64,000 nucleotides of DNA from Antechinus flavipes. Taxonomy: Eukaryota. The position numbers and the translations under genes are program-made. Below are positions 40,877-55,100 of the stretch, in pieces; positions within the stretch are counted from its first letter, which is position 1, and the number at the start of each line of letters is the position of its first letter. The DNA lies in contig NC_067401.1 of assembly GCF_016432865.1 (NCBI RefSeq), positions 348,812,001 to 348,876,000 of the forward strand, in the 5' to 3' direction. A model generated the notes under the pieces. The model did no database searches. It was not told where the DNA came from and saw only the letters and a list, made by a program, of their open reading frames with translations.

Positions 40877-43449
40877 GTGATCCTTGGGTTCAATGGGGTT
40901 TTTGTCATGTGGTAGAAAGAAAAAAAAAAAACAACAACAATTCCTCAGAGGGTCTGGGGGATGAAAAATATTACTGGGAAGTAATGGGGTCTCAATCACT
41001 CTGCTTTCATGGAAGGCTTAATTGGCCATGACTCTAATTTAAAGCAAGATTACGCTAAAATTGTCAGTATATGAAAAATTTACAATGAGCAAACTTTGTG
41101 ATTTTTGAAAATTTGTTGCCAAGGTTTTGTTTAAACAACTAAATATCTTTTTAGGTTTCTTAAAAAAACAAAACAAAAACCACCTCAGTGTAACACACAC
41201 ACACAAGAGATCTGGCCCAGCTCCTCAGGAGAGAGTGAGCTATGACAGATAATGAAAGGGGGCCCATTCAACAAGAGTGTTATTTTTTTTTTCTTTAATT
41301 ATTTGATTAAGAAACTGTGGGAGACTAAAGGATCTCTACCCCACTGATACCCACGTGTTTCCTGTCAAAGACTTCCTTTTGGCACCTTACTCAATTTCCT
41401 GAACCTCCTTCCAAATTTCAGTTGAAGTTAGTCAGTATTGGCTGCTGATAATCACCCCACCCTTCCCTGAAATTCCTAATGTCCACATTGGAATCACAGA
41501 TCTGAGAAGGCCTTGAGGTGCTAATCAATCCACCCCTCTCCCGCTGACGTAAAGATAATGCACTATTGATTCTACTTGATTGTTATAATTGCAAGTTCAA
41601 ACCCAAACCTAAAACAATAACTTTAAAGTAAGGAATCAAATGATATTTAGAGCAAATAATTTTTAGAAAACTTAACCAACTCTACAATATTGATCTGGGG
41701 AGGTAATCATTTTCAAATCAGCTTTGTAGTGGGAAAAACTGTTTATCCCTAGGGATTTGGATTTACAGATGAGGAAATTAAGGCAGAGTTAATGACTTGC
41801 AAAGGATCACACACCCAGCATATGTCTAAAGAGTGTTTGAATTCATACTTTCTCGACTCTAAGTCTAATATGGTAAGTTCCAAACAGTATCAACCAAAAA
41901 TTAAATACCTTAACAGGGAGCAAATAACTTCTTCCCAGCGCTCAAGTTATTTCAAAGTCAATTGTGTTTAGTTAGATTATCCACTGGTTAGAACATTGGT
42001 AAATATTAACACCAAAATAAAAGAAAGGATAAAGAGGAGAGGCTCCTGCTTCTGATCGCAAATAGTGACCATCACCACTTCAAAGGGAGTAGAATTCGTT
42101 AAGCCAGGAGCTTCTAAGGTGTCCATGGCATTTTTCTGGACAAGGGTGCTAAGAGAGCCAATTAAACACAGGCTAAACTCACAAAGCCCTGGCAAGGGAC
42201 AGAAGAGGCATCAAAGTGAGCAAATATATTACTCATAGCTCATAAAGGGCAGAGGAAAAGGAATGTTTTTCATGCAAAGATGTAAAACTTGCACAATTTG
42301 GATCAGTTAGAAAGGTCACCTGGGAAAACCCTTTAGAGCCACTACTGTAAGATGATACAGACCTCTCTCCCAGGTTGCTCCAACAAAGGAGGACTCCCAT
42401 AGACATGGATATACACAAAATATTAAATATAGCCCCTTCTCTCTTTGATCTTCCAGCTGATGGCACAGCACCCCCAAGGCATTTCTCTTGCATGTATCAC
42501 TAAGCAAGTTGTTTCTTGCCTTCCAGAATAAAAGAGGTCTGGCTTTAGAGACATGGGCCATAGAGTAGAGTCATGGCCTTAGAAGGAAGGATGGGAATGC
42601 TTCTTATTTTGCAGAAGAAGGTCAGTTCCCAAAATATTTTTCATCCTTTATTCCTATTGTAAACTTAAAAAGATACCCAACCCTCAATTATTTAAATCTT
42701 GAAGAGGAGGTGCTTTGGAGAAGTCAAAAGGCATATTCATAAGTGGCCGGTCTTGCAGTCAGGAAGACCTGAATTCAATCCAGCCTTGATACAAATTAGT
42801 TGTGTGACCATGGATAAGTCACCTAAACCCTGAGGGCCCTGGACAACTCTTTAAGACTCCAAATTGCAGATGGATTACTAATCTGGGAGTTTCCTCATTG
42901 ATGAATTTTGCTGGTCTGTACTAAAAAAAAAAAACCCAAAAAAAAAACAAAAACAAAAAAAAAAAAAACAACTAGAACTTAGGGAGTGAGGATGAGGAGA
43001 TGAAGAATTGGGTCAAACACAGAGGCAGCTGCATCTTAGGCATGTATAGCCTAAGCTCTAAATCTGTTTGCACCCCCTTTAAGCAGTCTTCCCAAAGAAA
43101 AACTAGAGGGAGCCCAGAAATGTGCCATTTTGCTATATGGCAACTGACTGGGCTCTCTTACCATTGCACAAACAAGTTTCACCTTCTAGGAAGCCATTAG
43201 GATCAAAGATTCTGTCCCTAATGACTGGGGGCTCAGGGCACAGGTGAGGTGGGGCAGCCTTTGCTCTCCTTGAATCTTGTTACACTCCTCCAGGGTAGGG
43301 CTCAGATCCAAATCACTGGGGCTCCAATCTCCACCCACTCCTTCGCTTTCTTGCTCCAGGACAGAATCACTGCCAGAGCTTCATAAATCCAGAGCACACC
43401 TTTAATTATCTGGACTGGTTCTGATTCATGTAGTGCTTTTCTTTCCCTC

Positions 43450-44160
43450 TCTTTCACAGAATCAAAGAACTGCAGAATCTCAGAGTTGGAAGAGATCTCG
43501 GAAGCCATCTAGTGCAACTTTTACCTAAAGAACATCCTCTCAAAATACAAACTGCAAGTGTTTGTCCCGCCTTGCTTGAAGTGCTCCAGGGATGGAGGGA
43601 GCCATTCCACCAAGATCTCCCCCCTCAATCCCAGCCATTTCTACCTTGATATTGTGCTGTTGGCTGGGAATTTTTTCCCTAACATCAAGCCTAAATCAGG
43701 CTTTCTGCATCTTGTGTCCAGTGTCTATAATTCTGCTCTTTCAGGTCAAATAGGACAAGTAACAGCCTTCTGATCCTCAAAGATAGCTACCACGTCTTCC
43801 CTGCCCTCTCTGGTTAAACATTTCTGGATCCTCCAAATGACCTTTATGTGTATGGTCTTACTGCCTTTCATCATCCTGGTTATTCTCTTCTGGATGCACC
43901 TGTTAATGTCCTTAAAATGTATGGCCCCCAAATGAACACAGTGTTCCCAGGAGGGGCTGAACAGGACAGAGTCCATATGATCACATTTGCTTTTTTTGGC
44001 TGCAGTATCATACTGTTGATGTATATTGACCTTGCAGCCTATCAAGTCCTACCTCCCCCCAAGTCTTTTTCTGATAAACTACTATCTCCTACCTTATCCT
44101 TGTAAATGATATATTTTTTAAAATCCATAGTACACATTTGTTCTTGTTCAGTTTCATCTT
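43450..44160 (-). mobile_element. L3/CR1 LINE 3' fragment
   Basis: ORF 43746-44045 (SVLFSPSWEHCVHLGAIHFKDINRCIQKRITRMMKG) matches CR1 ORF2 [21 protein letters not shown]...QRRATRM. Confidence 0.85.
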
Positions 44161-47100
44161 AATACGATCCACACTTTTGTTCTCAACACTGACTCAATCG
44201 GTGGGCATCTCAGATTTCTTTCCACACCCCCTGGAGTAGTTTCTAGCACCATGTCATCTTGATAGTTAGCATCTAAAGAATGTCCTGATGCTTCTAAATA
44301 CACAACTCCACCACCACAAAAGTGCCAGCAATTTTCTCCTAGCCCAACCCCTGATGTACAGCTGTTCTGCCTTCCAATATGAGTGATGAGCCTGGAGAGA
44401 AGTTTTGGGGAGAGTCTTCAAGAGTAATCAAATTCATGGCTAATCCCACATTCTTGCTTTGGCCATCAATCCCTTTCATTCACCAACAATTCCATCAGCA
44501 CTGGAAAAATGTTAACATTATTGTTTTGATCTAATCTTTCTCTTTGACCCTTTGTTCCTTCTACCAGAGCGGCTACATAGCTACAGCATGGCAGATATTA
44601 GGTAGTTAGAAGAGAAATTGGAGAACTGGATAATCTATAAGCTCTATTTGTGTTTTGAGTAATCAAGATTTGACTTTTCTTTTGATGAGGGAGGGGAAGG
44701 AGTACTACCCTTCTTCTAAACAAAGATACTGGTAGCAAGGTAAATCAAACTGGCATTTTTTCTCCCCACCCAGAATTTTATGATCCTGGGCCGGTAGTCA
44801 GGTGGCAATTTCCAAAGCTGATTAAAACATTGGCAAACATGATCCAGTAGCACTGGGCAAGGACAGTCATCTTAAAGCAGCCAAGCATGTCAGCTATAGT
44901 CATGAATTTCTTTCAAGCAATAAATACCTAATGAAAGTCCTTTAGTCAATATTTCTCAAGGACCTGTGAAATATTAGAGGAACTCAAAAGGTACATCACA
45001 TACTAATTATGTATGTATTTTAATGTGCCAAATCTCTCTTATTGCCCTGTCAAGCAATAAGCTTAGAGAGCCTTATCCTCAAACTGATCAAAAAGTACTA
45101 GTTTTATTATAAAGAAAACAACTTTGAAAGACATGACAACTCTGATGCAACAGCTAAAAGTCTAGAAGACAAATGATGCAAATCATCCACCACTTGACAG
45201 AGAGATGAAAGACTCAAGATGGCAAATAGACATATTTTTGGACCCAGCCAACTTAAGAATTTGTTTGCTTGATTATATATTTATTATAGATGGCTTTTTT
45301 CTTTTTTCCAGGCATGGAACAGTGAAAAAAAGAAAAGGAAATAAAGAAATAAAAAGATAGAAAGAAGGAAAGAAAAAAGGAAAGAAAAGAGGGAAGGGAA
45401 AAAAAGGAAGGAAGGAAGAAAAGGGGGCCAAGAGAGATTTTTGAAAAAAATGTAGAGAAGAGAATGAAGGCCCGAACAGTACAGTTGAGCAGAACAGCTT
45501 TGAAAACCAGTCTTTACTTTTTATATACTTAAAGAAAAACAAGCTCTATACAATAGAAATCTTCAGTTTCATGTATAATCCTCTTTTTCTGTTCTATGAT
45601 GTGTTTAGAAATGCCCATTTTATTTGGTGTTAAGTTCAGAATAAAAGTCTACCCTTTCATCTACGAAGTCTTTTTGAATACCAGTTGTAAAATTGTTTCT
45701 TCCTCAGCTGATCATTCTAAATGCCTCTTCCACATTCATCATGTTCTAATTTATAATGTGCATATCATAGTTTCTCTACTAGTTTATAAGCTCACTCCTT
45801 GAGAGGAGATATCTTATTTATTTCTATATCCTTTTCCCTTTCTCGGCATAGTACCTTGCATATAATAATCATTTAAGAAGCAGGACAAGGCCACAAGTGT
45901 TTATTAAGCACTATATTCTGTAACTGGCATTATGCAAAGCACTGGGAATACAAATATTAGGGAAATGAAAGATAGTTCCTGCCCTCAAGAAATTTTCATT
46001 CTAATGGGAAAAGACAATACACAAAAGGGAGTTAAATGAAAAGGGGATTGGAGGAATGAAGGTTAACTAGAGTTTTGAAGTCCAGAAAGTCAAAAGCATG
46101 GTTGGGAGGAAAATGAAGGTTGACCAATCAAGACCCTTCTTCAAAATGGAGGTCCTGATATGGACCCCAGCCTTTAAAGTGGGTTCTGCATTTTCCCAAA
46201 TTGATCACTAACTGACTGACTGATGGAATGAATGAATACCCCCTCACTGACCACCAGAAAGAAAATGGCTTTTATCAATAAACAGTGCTGTAGATCTGGG
46301 ATTCAAATTGGTTCCTTTGTGAACAGTGAGAAAGATTCATGCTCTTCTAACTCTATAAGATGGCAGGAGTCTAAAGGGACTTGCTTTTTAGCTAACACTT
46401 GGCAAGGAGACTTTTGACCCAAGGTGGGGTACTTCCTCCCAGAGAGGGGGAGGGCACACTTGCTTCCTATCACAACTGCATTTCTTCTCTGTATTGACTC
46501 AACCATGTTGATCCTAATCAGTGCCTTGCCTCCTGTTCTTCTACTGACCTGTGCTGCTGGGAAGCCCCTATATCCTCCTACTGCAAGCGGAGACAACATA
46601 TATGGAGGAATAGTGGTCAAGTAAAAGTTATTTGATTTGGGAAAGCACAGGGATGATCAGTGGAACAAATGGACACTTTATTAAAAGCCCTTTCTAGAAG
46701 GGAGTGTTGATTTGATTACAGTTTTCAGAGCAAGAGATGGAAATGTGGATGGAAGAAAGGAGAGAACAGAGCAAAAGATGACTGGAATTCAGAAACATGG
46801 TCCCGGGGAGTTCAAAGCTGAAAGGCTGAGCAGGTGGAGGGGCAGGGTCTCTGGAAGCCCATTTTGGAGTACAGTGGTAGGGTGGCAGGTCATGGTAGGA
46901 GACAGCAGGAGGGAAGAGTCTCCCCTTTTTCTGGCATGACTGAATCCATAACACTGCCCCTGTACCCCAACTGTTCCTTTGTCCTGGGTAAAAAAGTAGC
47001 TAGTATAACTAGAGGTAGGGCTTCATCTACTTCTGGCTATCACAATTTCCCACTTCTAATTGAAGTCATTACTTAAAGTAGACAAATTCTGTTGAGGGAA

Positions 47101-47464
47101 AGGAGTAAGGAAGGTCACATATCCTCCAAAAATAGGAAAGGAATATGATAGGCAAAGAACCCACTTCCCCATTTTATTTAGTTTTATCTTTAGTTTCCCA
47201 GTTTAGATAGTTTCCTTTCTTCCTCCTTAACCTTTTTGCTCTCTATCCCTTACTTGGGACCTCCTTGGCTTGCTTATAAATGCATTCAAGGCGGTCCTAT
47301 TCATGGTTTGTGATCTGATGGCTTAAATGTGGGGCCATGGAGTAGGCTCATGGATCAAGGTTTCCAGGAATATTCTTAGATGTTAAGGAGGAAGGACAGG
47401 ATGCTGCTTATTTGTTAGGAAAAGGTCAACCTGTTTCTTAATTGCTGGAATTCTGCCCTCATTT

Positions 47465-48015
47465 CTTTTCTTTTTTAAAATTTTATTTTAATAACATAAT
47501 TTTTTCCAATTACATGTAAAGATAGTTTTTCATTTTTGTATGATTTTGAGTTCTTTTTCCCTTCTTCCTTTACCTCTTCCCTCCCCAAGATAGCAAGCAA
47601 TCTGATATGTTATACATAAACAATTGGACTAAACATATTTCCATATTAGTCATGTTGTGAAAGAAAAATCAGGATAAAAGGGGAAAATTACAAGAAAAAA
47701 ATAGTATACTTTGATCTGCATTCAGTCTACATAGTTCCTTCTCCAGATGTGGATGGCATTTTCTAGCCCAAGTCTATTGGAATCATCTTGGATCATTGTA
47801 TCACCGAGAAGAGCTAAGTAAATCATAGCTGGTCATCATACAATCTTGCTGTTACTGCGTACAGTGTTTTCCTGGTTCTGCTCACTTTACTCAGTATCAG
47901 TTTATTTAAGCCTTCCCAAGTTTTTCTCATCAGCCTTTTCATCACTTCTTATAAAACAATAGTATACCATTACATTCATATATCATAACTTATTTAGCCA
48001 TTCCTCAATTTCTAA
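47465..48015 (-). mobile_element. L1 3' fragment
   Basis: Same 3'UTR and ORF2-end motifs as the 9985 and 22190 copies. Confidence 0.85.
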
Positions 48016-48907
48016 TTGAGACTTGCAAGTACCTGAGTTCATGAATACAATTTAATAAACATTGTTTTTTGTTTTAAGGCAGCATATTATTTATTGTGGG
48101 AAAAGAATCAAATCTGAAATTGGAGACCCTTTAATATTAATATTAATAATGATAAATCTGCTATTTACTACTTCTGGTAATTTAGTCATCACTTTGTCTC
48201 TTCACTCTTCAGTTTTCTTGTTACCAAAAAGAGTTGATGATAGCTAGTGATGATGAGTATATCTTTTCAGTACTAAATATGCAAGGTACTAAAGTGGACC
48301 TGGGGTTCCAAAATGACAAATAATAAAAATAGCTAAAATCATAGCACTTGAAGTTTTACAAAGCACTTTACATGTATTATTTCACTTTATCCTCTAGCCC
48401 ACTTGGAAGTAAGTACAGTTCTTATTCCCATTTTACAGATGAAGAAACAGACAGATAGTCATTTAATGACTTGTCCAGAGTCATGCAGTCAGTGTTTGAA
48501 ACTATATTTGAATTCAAGTCTTCCTGACTCCTGGTTCAGTGTGTTACCCACCATGCCCCCAGCTGCTCTCAAAGATGTGGTTCTTACTTTTGAAACATTT
48601 AGACTCTGCCAGGAGAGTTGTCATATGTTCTAATCAATAGATTATAGAATATGATAATTGAGTTTGGATCTTTCAGAGGAAGAGATTGTTCTTAGGCAGA
48701 GGTCCCAGAGAAAGCTAAATGAAAGAAGTGGCACTTGACCAGGGTCTTTAATGGAAGGGAAGGTAAATATTTTAATATAAGGGAATTTATAATGTAATAT
48801 AATATTGTGTGGCTTTATATAATGTAACATAACAAGATATGAAACATAATAATGACGTGACATGATACAATAACACAACACAGCACAATATAATACAATA
48901 CAATTTA

Positions 48908-49110
48908 AGGCAGTCAAGTGGTACAGTGGAGAGAGTGCTGGTCCTAGAATCAGAAAGACTCATCTTCATGAGTTCAAATCTGGTCATTTCACCTGGTTTG
49001 CCTCAGTTTCCTCCTCTGTAAAATGAGCTGAATGGCAAACCATTCCAGTATCTGCTAAGAAAACCCTATAATGAAGAGTCAGACATTACTGAAAATAACT
49101 AAACAACAAA
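48908..49110 (+). mobile_element. Mar1-type CORE-SINE
   Basis: aggcagtcaagtggtacagtggagagagtgctgg head and actgaaaataactaaacaacaa tail. Confidence 0.78.
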
Positions 49111-49309
49111 AATACTATGAAATAATATGTGAATTTCAAAAGATAAATGGGGTAGGGTGCAGGAAACAGGTACAGGGAGGACCGTGCTGGATGCAAATCC
49201 CATGGGCTTTAAAGAACTAATTATTAAATTTTCTCTGTGAGCTTTTACATCTCAGAAATTTATCACAATTATTTATGTTGGATTGTATCATTTATTTATT
49301 TTGTTAGGC

Positions 49310-52140
49310 ATTTTCCAATGACATTTTCAAAATTTTATTTATTTAAAACTTAAATACAAAATAGAAAACAAAAAACCCCACCACTGTCATGTGCACAGCA
49401 GAATATTAGAAAGGATTCAAAATATACAGCAATAAATTTCCATTTCAAGAAATCCTGTATAATAAATACTACACAATTGTATTCAGAGTCTTTTCTTTGC
49501 TTCCATATAAGTTTTCTTTTGTTCTCTGATGTGTACTTTTTTCCTTTATTCTACCTCCTCCCAAAAGGCTACAATTAAGCATGCATATGTTTATACATAC
49601 ACACATGTACATTAATATACACATGTGGACATGTATAAAAATATTGTATATAGATATCTATGATCATATATACACATTCATATACACCTATGTAAGACCA
49701 TGCTATGTTTGTCCTCTGTTTCTCTGAAGGTTCCTTTTCCTTTGTAAATTCAAGTCCTTCCATATTTTTCTAAATCCACAAATTCATAGTTTCCTACATC
49801 ATAGTAATATTTCGATGTTATACTCTCTAGTTATTTTAAATAGTCTAAACATATTGATTAATATGGTTGACATATAGTGTAACCTCCCTATTTTTCTCTT
49901 TTGATTAAAATACATTTTAGCTTTGTCTGAGATCATGCTTATTACTCCCGCTTTTTTTAACCTAATAAATTGCACTCCTGATCTTTATTATGTTTCTGTG
50001 TATTTCTTATTTCCTATCCCTCATGATCCCTCTGCTTTACTTCTACCAACTATTAATCCACTCCCTCTCCAAGGATCTCTCCCTTATCCTCTCAGCCCAC
50101 TCTTTCCCTTTGCCTTATTGTTTTTATCTGAATTTAGAATACTTTTATAGCCTTCCAAGTATATGTGTTGTTCCTTCTTTATCCTATTCCCATTAATCTA
50201 TACACTTTTCTATGCTTCTGTCTTATCCTATTCTTTCACCTTCTTATTTCTTTATAAATTTAAAAGACTTTTATTCCCTTTAAAATGTATGTGTTGTTCT
50301 CTCTTTAACCCTGTTTCTTTTCTCTCTTGAAGCCTCATCCTCTCCCATCCCCTTAACATCATATTTTTTCTGAATTTAGAAGACTTTTACACACATCTGT
50401 GTAAATATATATGTACTGTATGTTATTGTATATATGTATTGTATGTTATATATGTTAGTACATACACATATGTATTGTTTCCTCTTTTAATCCATTCCTT
50501 AGGAGTAGAATTTCAGAACTACCAGCTCTCCTCCTTCTAATTCTTGTGTGCCAGTTGTTCCTCTTGCACCTCATTTGTATAATTAATCTTTTTAGCTTTT
50601 TCTGCAGTAATACTTTTTAGAAACACATTATATTCAGCTCTGTCCCAATCTTTCTTTAGAACTATGTAATTCCTAATAACAATCTTAGACTTACAGTTTA
50701 TATTTCCACATTTAAAAAGTAAACAGTTTATTTTGAGTCTTTGATATTTAGCTTATATTTCTCTTTGATTTTATGTGCCAAATTTTCTGTTAAGTTCAGG
50801 TGTTTTTGCAACAAAATCTTGAAAATCTGACAATTCATTGAAAGTCCTTTTTTCCCTTCAGATTATGTTTAACTGCTGGGTATAATATTTTTAACCATGA
50901 CATTAATTCTTTTGCTTCTCAATATATAGTGTTTTCAGACCTGTGTTGTTTTAGTGTTGTAATGTTAGATTTTGTGTGATTCTAAATATGGCTCCACTAT
51001 ATTTAAATTTTTTTTCCTTGTTGCTTGAAATATTTTCTCCCTGAGCTGTGGTTTCAGAATTTGGCTATGATATTCTTGTAGGTTTTCTTTGTAAGAATTT
51101 TTTTTGGTAGTGACTATTGGATTTTTTTTCTGTTTCTATTTTCCCCCTCTTATTCTAACTCTTCAGGACAATTTAAAAAATTATTTCTTATATTATTGTA
51201 TCAAGATTCTTTTTTTGATCACAGTTCTCAGGTAATCTGATTATTCTTATGTTTTTTCCTTCTTGATCTGTTTTCCAGATCAGTTATTCTTCTTCTTAGA
51301 TGCTTTACATTCTGTTCTATTTTTTTCATTCTTTATATTAAAAAAATATTTATTGGTCTCTTAACTTCATTGGCTTCCCCTTGCCCAATTCCAATTTTCA
51401 AGGAGTTGTTTTCTTCCTTAAGACTTTGGATCTCTTTTTCCAGTTACTTGTCTTTCTTTTTATAATTTTCTTATTTTTCTTGGATTGTATTTAATTTTTT
51501 AAAAATGCATTTGATTTTTAAAGTCTTTTTGAAATTCTTCTATGAACTTCTTTGAGCAGGTGATCATTTGATGTTACTCTTTGGAGTATGAGACACTTTT
51601 CTTACTTCAGTATCCTCCTCTGAAGATGAATCCTCATCTTTATTCACATAATAACTTTCAAAGGTTGGGGTTTTTCTCCTTTGCTTATTATTATTTTTTT
51701 AAATAGGAGCTTGTTATTGTAATTACCTCTGGTCCTGAGGTATGGGGGATAGTGTCATTCTTCAGTTCTCTTCAGGCTGCAACAGGAACTGACAACTCAA
51801 CCCTCCTGTACGTGCCCACAGAAGCATCTGTGCCTCACATACTGTAAGTATGTGCTGGTTCCTTCTTGCCCGAAGCAGTATCTCAGTAGCACTTATCAGC
51901 AGTCCCTTATCAGCAGAGGTTTCCCCAATTTTCCTCTCAGAAGAGGGACTCCCCACATTGTTTACAAAGTGAAAATTCCCGTGACTGCCGTAGAAGCTAC
52001 CTCCTAACCCAGCTAGCTCCAGGGCTATGAACTAGCCTGGAGCTAGTCAGGAGTTCACATTGGCCAAATCTCTGTTCTGTAATTTTTCTTTGGATCTTCT
52101 CAGTCCCAGGAATACTACTGTCCTACCCTAACTCTTGTTT
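49310..52140 (-). mobile_element. Old L1 remnant (3' end, ORF1 region, 5'UTR)
   Basis: T-rich degenerate similarity to the ORF1 region at 23700-24430 (ttggctatgatattcttgtagg, ttcttgatctgttttccagatcagtt); GC-richer 5'UTR-like end. Confidence 0.7.
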
Positions 52141-55100
52141 ATTTTACATGTCATTATACAGTAAATTGAATGCAAGTCCTCCTGATTTTGAGTCCAATAT
52201 AGTGTGAGATAAAGCGAAAAGGCATTGGACTCATTTTGTTGAGGACCTTGAATGTTATGGGGAATCAAGATGAATAAATCAATAGATTGACAAATAGATG
52301 GATGTATAGAGATCAGTAGGACATTTCCTATGTCCTAGGAAATGTGTATTGTTAAGAATACAAATACAAACCAAAAGAAACAGTTCCTGCCTTCGAAGAA
52401 CTTATATTCTAGAGAGTGAAGAAACACATAAAAAGGGAGTTGAATATTTTTTTAAATAGGGGAGGGAAGAAAGAGTGGAACAAAGAATGAAGGAGACCCT
52501 TCCTCGTGGAGCTGTTTGACCTAAGTCATGAGACCAGAGGGAGTGATGCCCTGAAAGGTCTTGTGTCAACCATTGCTCTGATAGGAATTCTAGGTCTCTG
52601 CTTTATTATCTGTAAAATGAAAGCTTTAACAGTTTGTGAGTCTATGACATTCAAGGTCTATTAGAACTTCATGGAAGCTCAGGCTTACTTGATAAGAGTT
52701 GGATGAGCCTTCCTTTGTGCCTTTCTGTGGGATCTCCGTTTCCTTCTCTGTAAAACCAAGGAGGCAGACTAGAAGCAGCCAGTGAATAGAGAATTAGTCT
52801 CAGAATCGCAGACTAGAAGCAGCCAGTGAATAGAAAGAACATTAGGCTCAGAGTCAGGAATCTGGCTTCAGAAACTTGCTAGTTATGTAGTCTTAGATAA
52901 ATCATTTAATCTCTATCTGTCTCAGTTGCCTCGTCATAAAAATAGAGATAATACTAACCTACCTCCCAGGGTTTTTGTAAGGATAAAATGAGATAATATT
53001 TGTAAAGCATCATAGAAATGCTAGCTACTATTATTATTAAATGATCTCTCAAATCCCTTTCAGGTCTAACATACTTTGAGGTTTTGGTGGGGTGGGGTTA
53101 GTTTCAAGAAACTGGTTGCTATAAACATTTATATACTATTCCCTAGTAATCAGGGATGTGTGAAAACACAATTAATTATTCCTGATAACTAGCTATTTAG
53201 AGCTGTTTAAATAGGAAGCTAATAGCCCTCTTCCTCTGCTTAGGAGGACAGAGGTGGGCAGCATCCCTAACAATGACCTTGTCTCTGACCCCATGCATGA
53301 GTTTCTCCTCCTCCCCTCTCCTGACTGTTCATCTGTGATGTTTGCTCCAGATATAAAAATGCTGATTTACTACTCTGTCAAAAATGGAGTGGTCAATCCA
53401 ATTACACAAGTATCCTAGCATAGGAGCACTTAGCAGCACTTAAAAAGCCAACAGGAAATTTTTTTGATCGATTTGAAATGAAACCTCTGAAGGATCCAGA
53501 CAAGATAGAGTAGGTAGGGAGAGACCAATGTGGACCACCATGTCCAGGAAGGCTTCCCGGAAGGTAGACCTCAGACTGGAGCCCTTGAGGGTGGGCAAGG
53601 GCTGGAGAGAGCTCAGCAGGGAGGAGAAAAGCTGAGTGCTCCTGGTGCCAGAGATCCTGAATTGACAGATACCAATCACACTTTAGTCTGAGTCACCCGG
53701 AGAAGTTTTTAGCCTCAGCCTGGAATGATGAGTGTGGGGAGTGCAGAAAGCAGAAGTGTGTGTGTAGGGGTCCAAAGCCCCTTCCTCCATACTTTTGAGG
53801 AACAGCATCGCCTTTGGGGACCCTTCTGTTCTTCTCCTGGAAAGCCAGCTGAACTTTTTGGAAACCATAAATCCAGGCTTATTTCAAAGGCAGGAAATTA
53901 CTGAGTGGCAAGTGAATTGTGCCCTCCCAGAAAGGACCATGGTGCCATTTAGTCCAGTCTATACCTTCCCAAGAATTCCTCTATCATAGACCCAGCAAGT
54001 GATCATAAAATCTCTGCCAAGGAAACACTTTGGGAGCACTCTCCTAGTCGGTGATTTTCCCCTTCTGTCAAACCCCAATCTTCCCAGTGCTTTCCATCCC
54101 TTCTCTCCGGCTCTCTTTTTTAAGGTCTAGCAGACATGTCTAAGCCCTCTTTTCCAAGTTTGTCGTTCAGTCACAGCTGTGTCTTCACGACCCCATTTGG
54201 GGTTTTCTAAGCAAAGGTACCGGAAATACTACCTTCTGAGGCAAACAGGGCTAAATGACTTGCTCAAACACATGAGGCTGGATTTAAATGCAAGAAGATG
54301 AGTTTTCCTTACTCCAGACCCAGCACTCTATCCACTGTACCTCAAACTGCTCAAACGACAGCCCTTTAAATGCTTTCAGGTAACTACCATAATTTGAGCA
54401 AATTGCTTGGAGAATACATATATATACACACACATGCACATACTGCTTGTGTCCTGTGCCATCTGAGATAATATATACACATTTATAAATGTGTGTATAT
54501 ATAGAAATATTTGTGTTTATACGTGTGTGTATATATATATATACACATACATATACACCCAAAATATATATGTATATGTACACACACATAAATNNNNNNN
54601 NNNNNNNNNNNNNNNNNNNNNNNNNNNNNNNNNNNNNNNNNNNNNNNNNNNNNNNNNNNNNNNNNNNNNNNNNNNNNNNNNNNNNNNNNNNNNNNNNNNN
54701 NNNNNNNNNNNNNNNNNNNNNNNNNNNNNNNNNNNNNNNNNNNNNNNNNNNCTATTTGGTTAAAATGATTTACTCATAAGAAGGGGAAGAAAGCTTTTGT
54801 TCTGGTCAGAATTTCAATTAATTGAATTTTTTTTTTCAAGTTTTACTAAGTGGAGGTTTCCTCTTGTTGCACTTACTGGAAACTTTCTTTTTTGTAGTTT
54901 GGGGGAGGAGGGAGGAACCTTTTTGTCTGTGACTTAAACAAAGATGGGCAGTTGGGGCTTTATCACTGGTTGCTGCCCTAAGTCCCCAAGTGGCTGGGAT
55001 TTTAAAATTTCACTTACAGATAACTCTTTTTGTAGCAAAGCTGAAAAAGAGTTTTATTTTAGTCCATGAATGCAATCCTAATGGAACATGAAAAAGAAAT

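Noticed and set aside
46575-46640. Alternative candidate for the SYTL3 linker exon (GCGGAG...YGGIVVK*KLF resembling NGELTVRAKLV)
   Set aside because: The match is short, needs a deletion of about 19 nt, and lies far from the other remnants. The 56212 candidate fits length and spacing better. Not excluded without alignment.
53300-53430. Pyrimidine tract and CAG acceptor at 53350 as a possible new SYTL3 last exon
   Set aside because: It would add only Ile then stop, and I saw no close canonical poly(A) signal; weaker than the 44568 candidate.
54594-54751. Possibility that intact C2B exons are hidden in this gap
   Set aside because: The gap is given as 158 N beside a TA/CA microsatellite, and decayed orthologous exons are visible downstream in syntenic order. 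The true gap size is unknown, so long reads should confirm.
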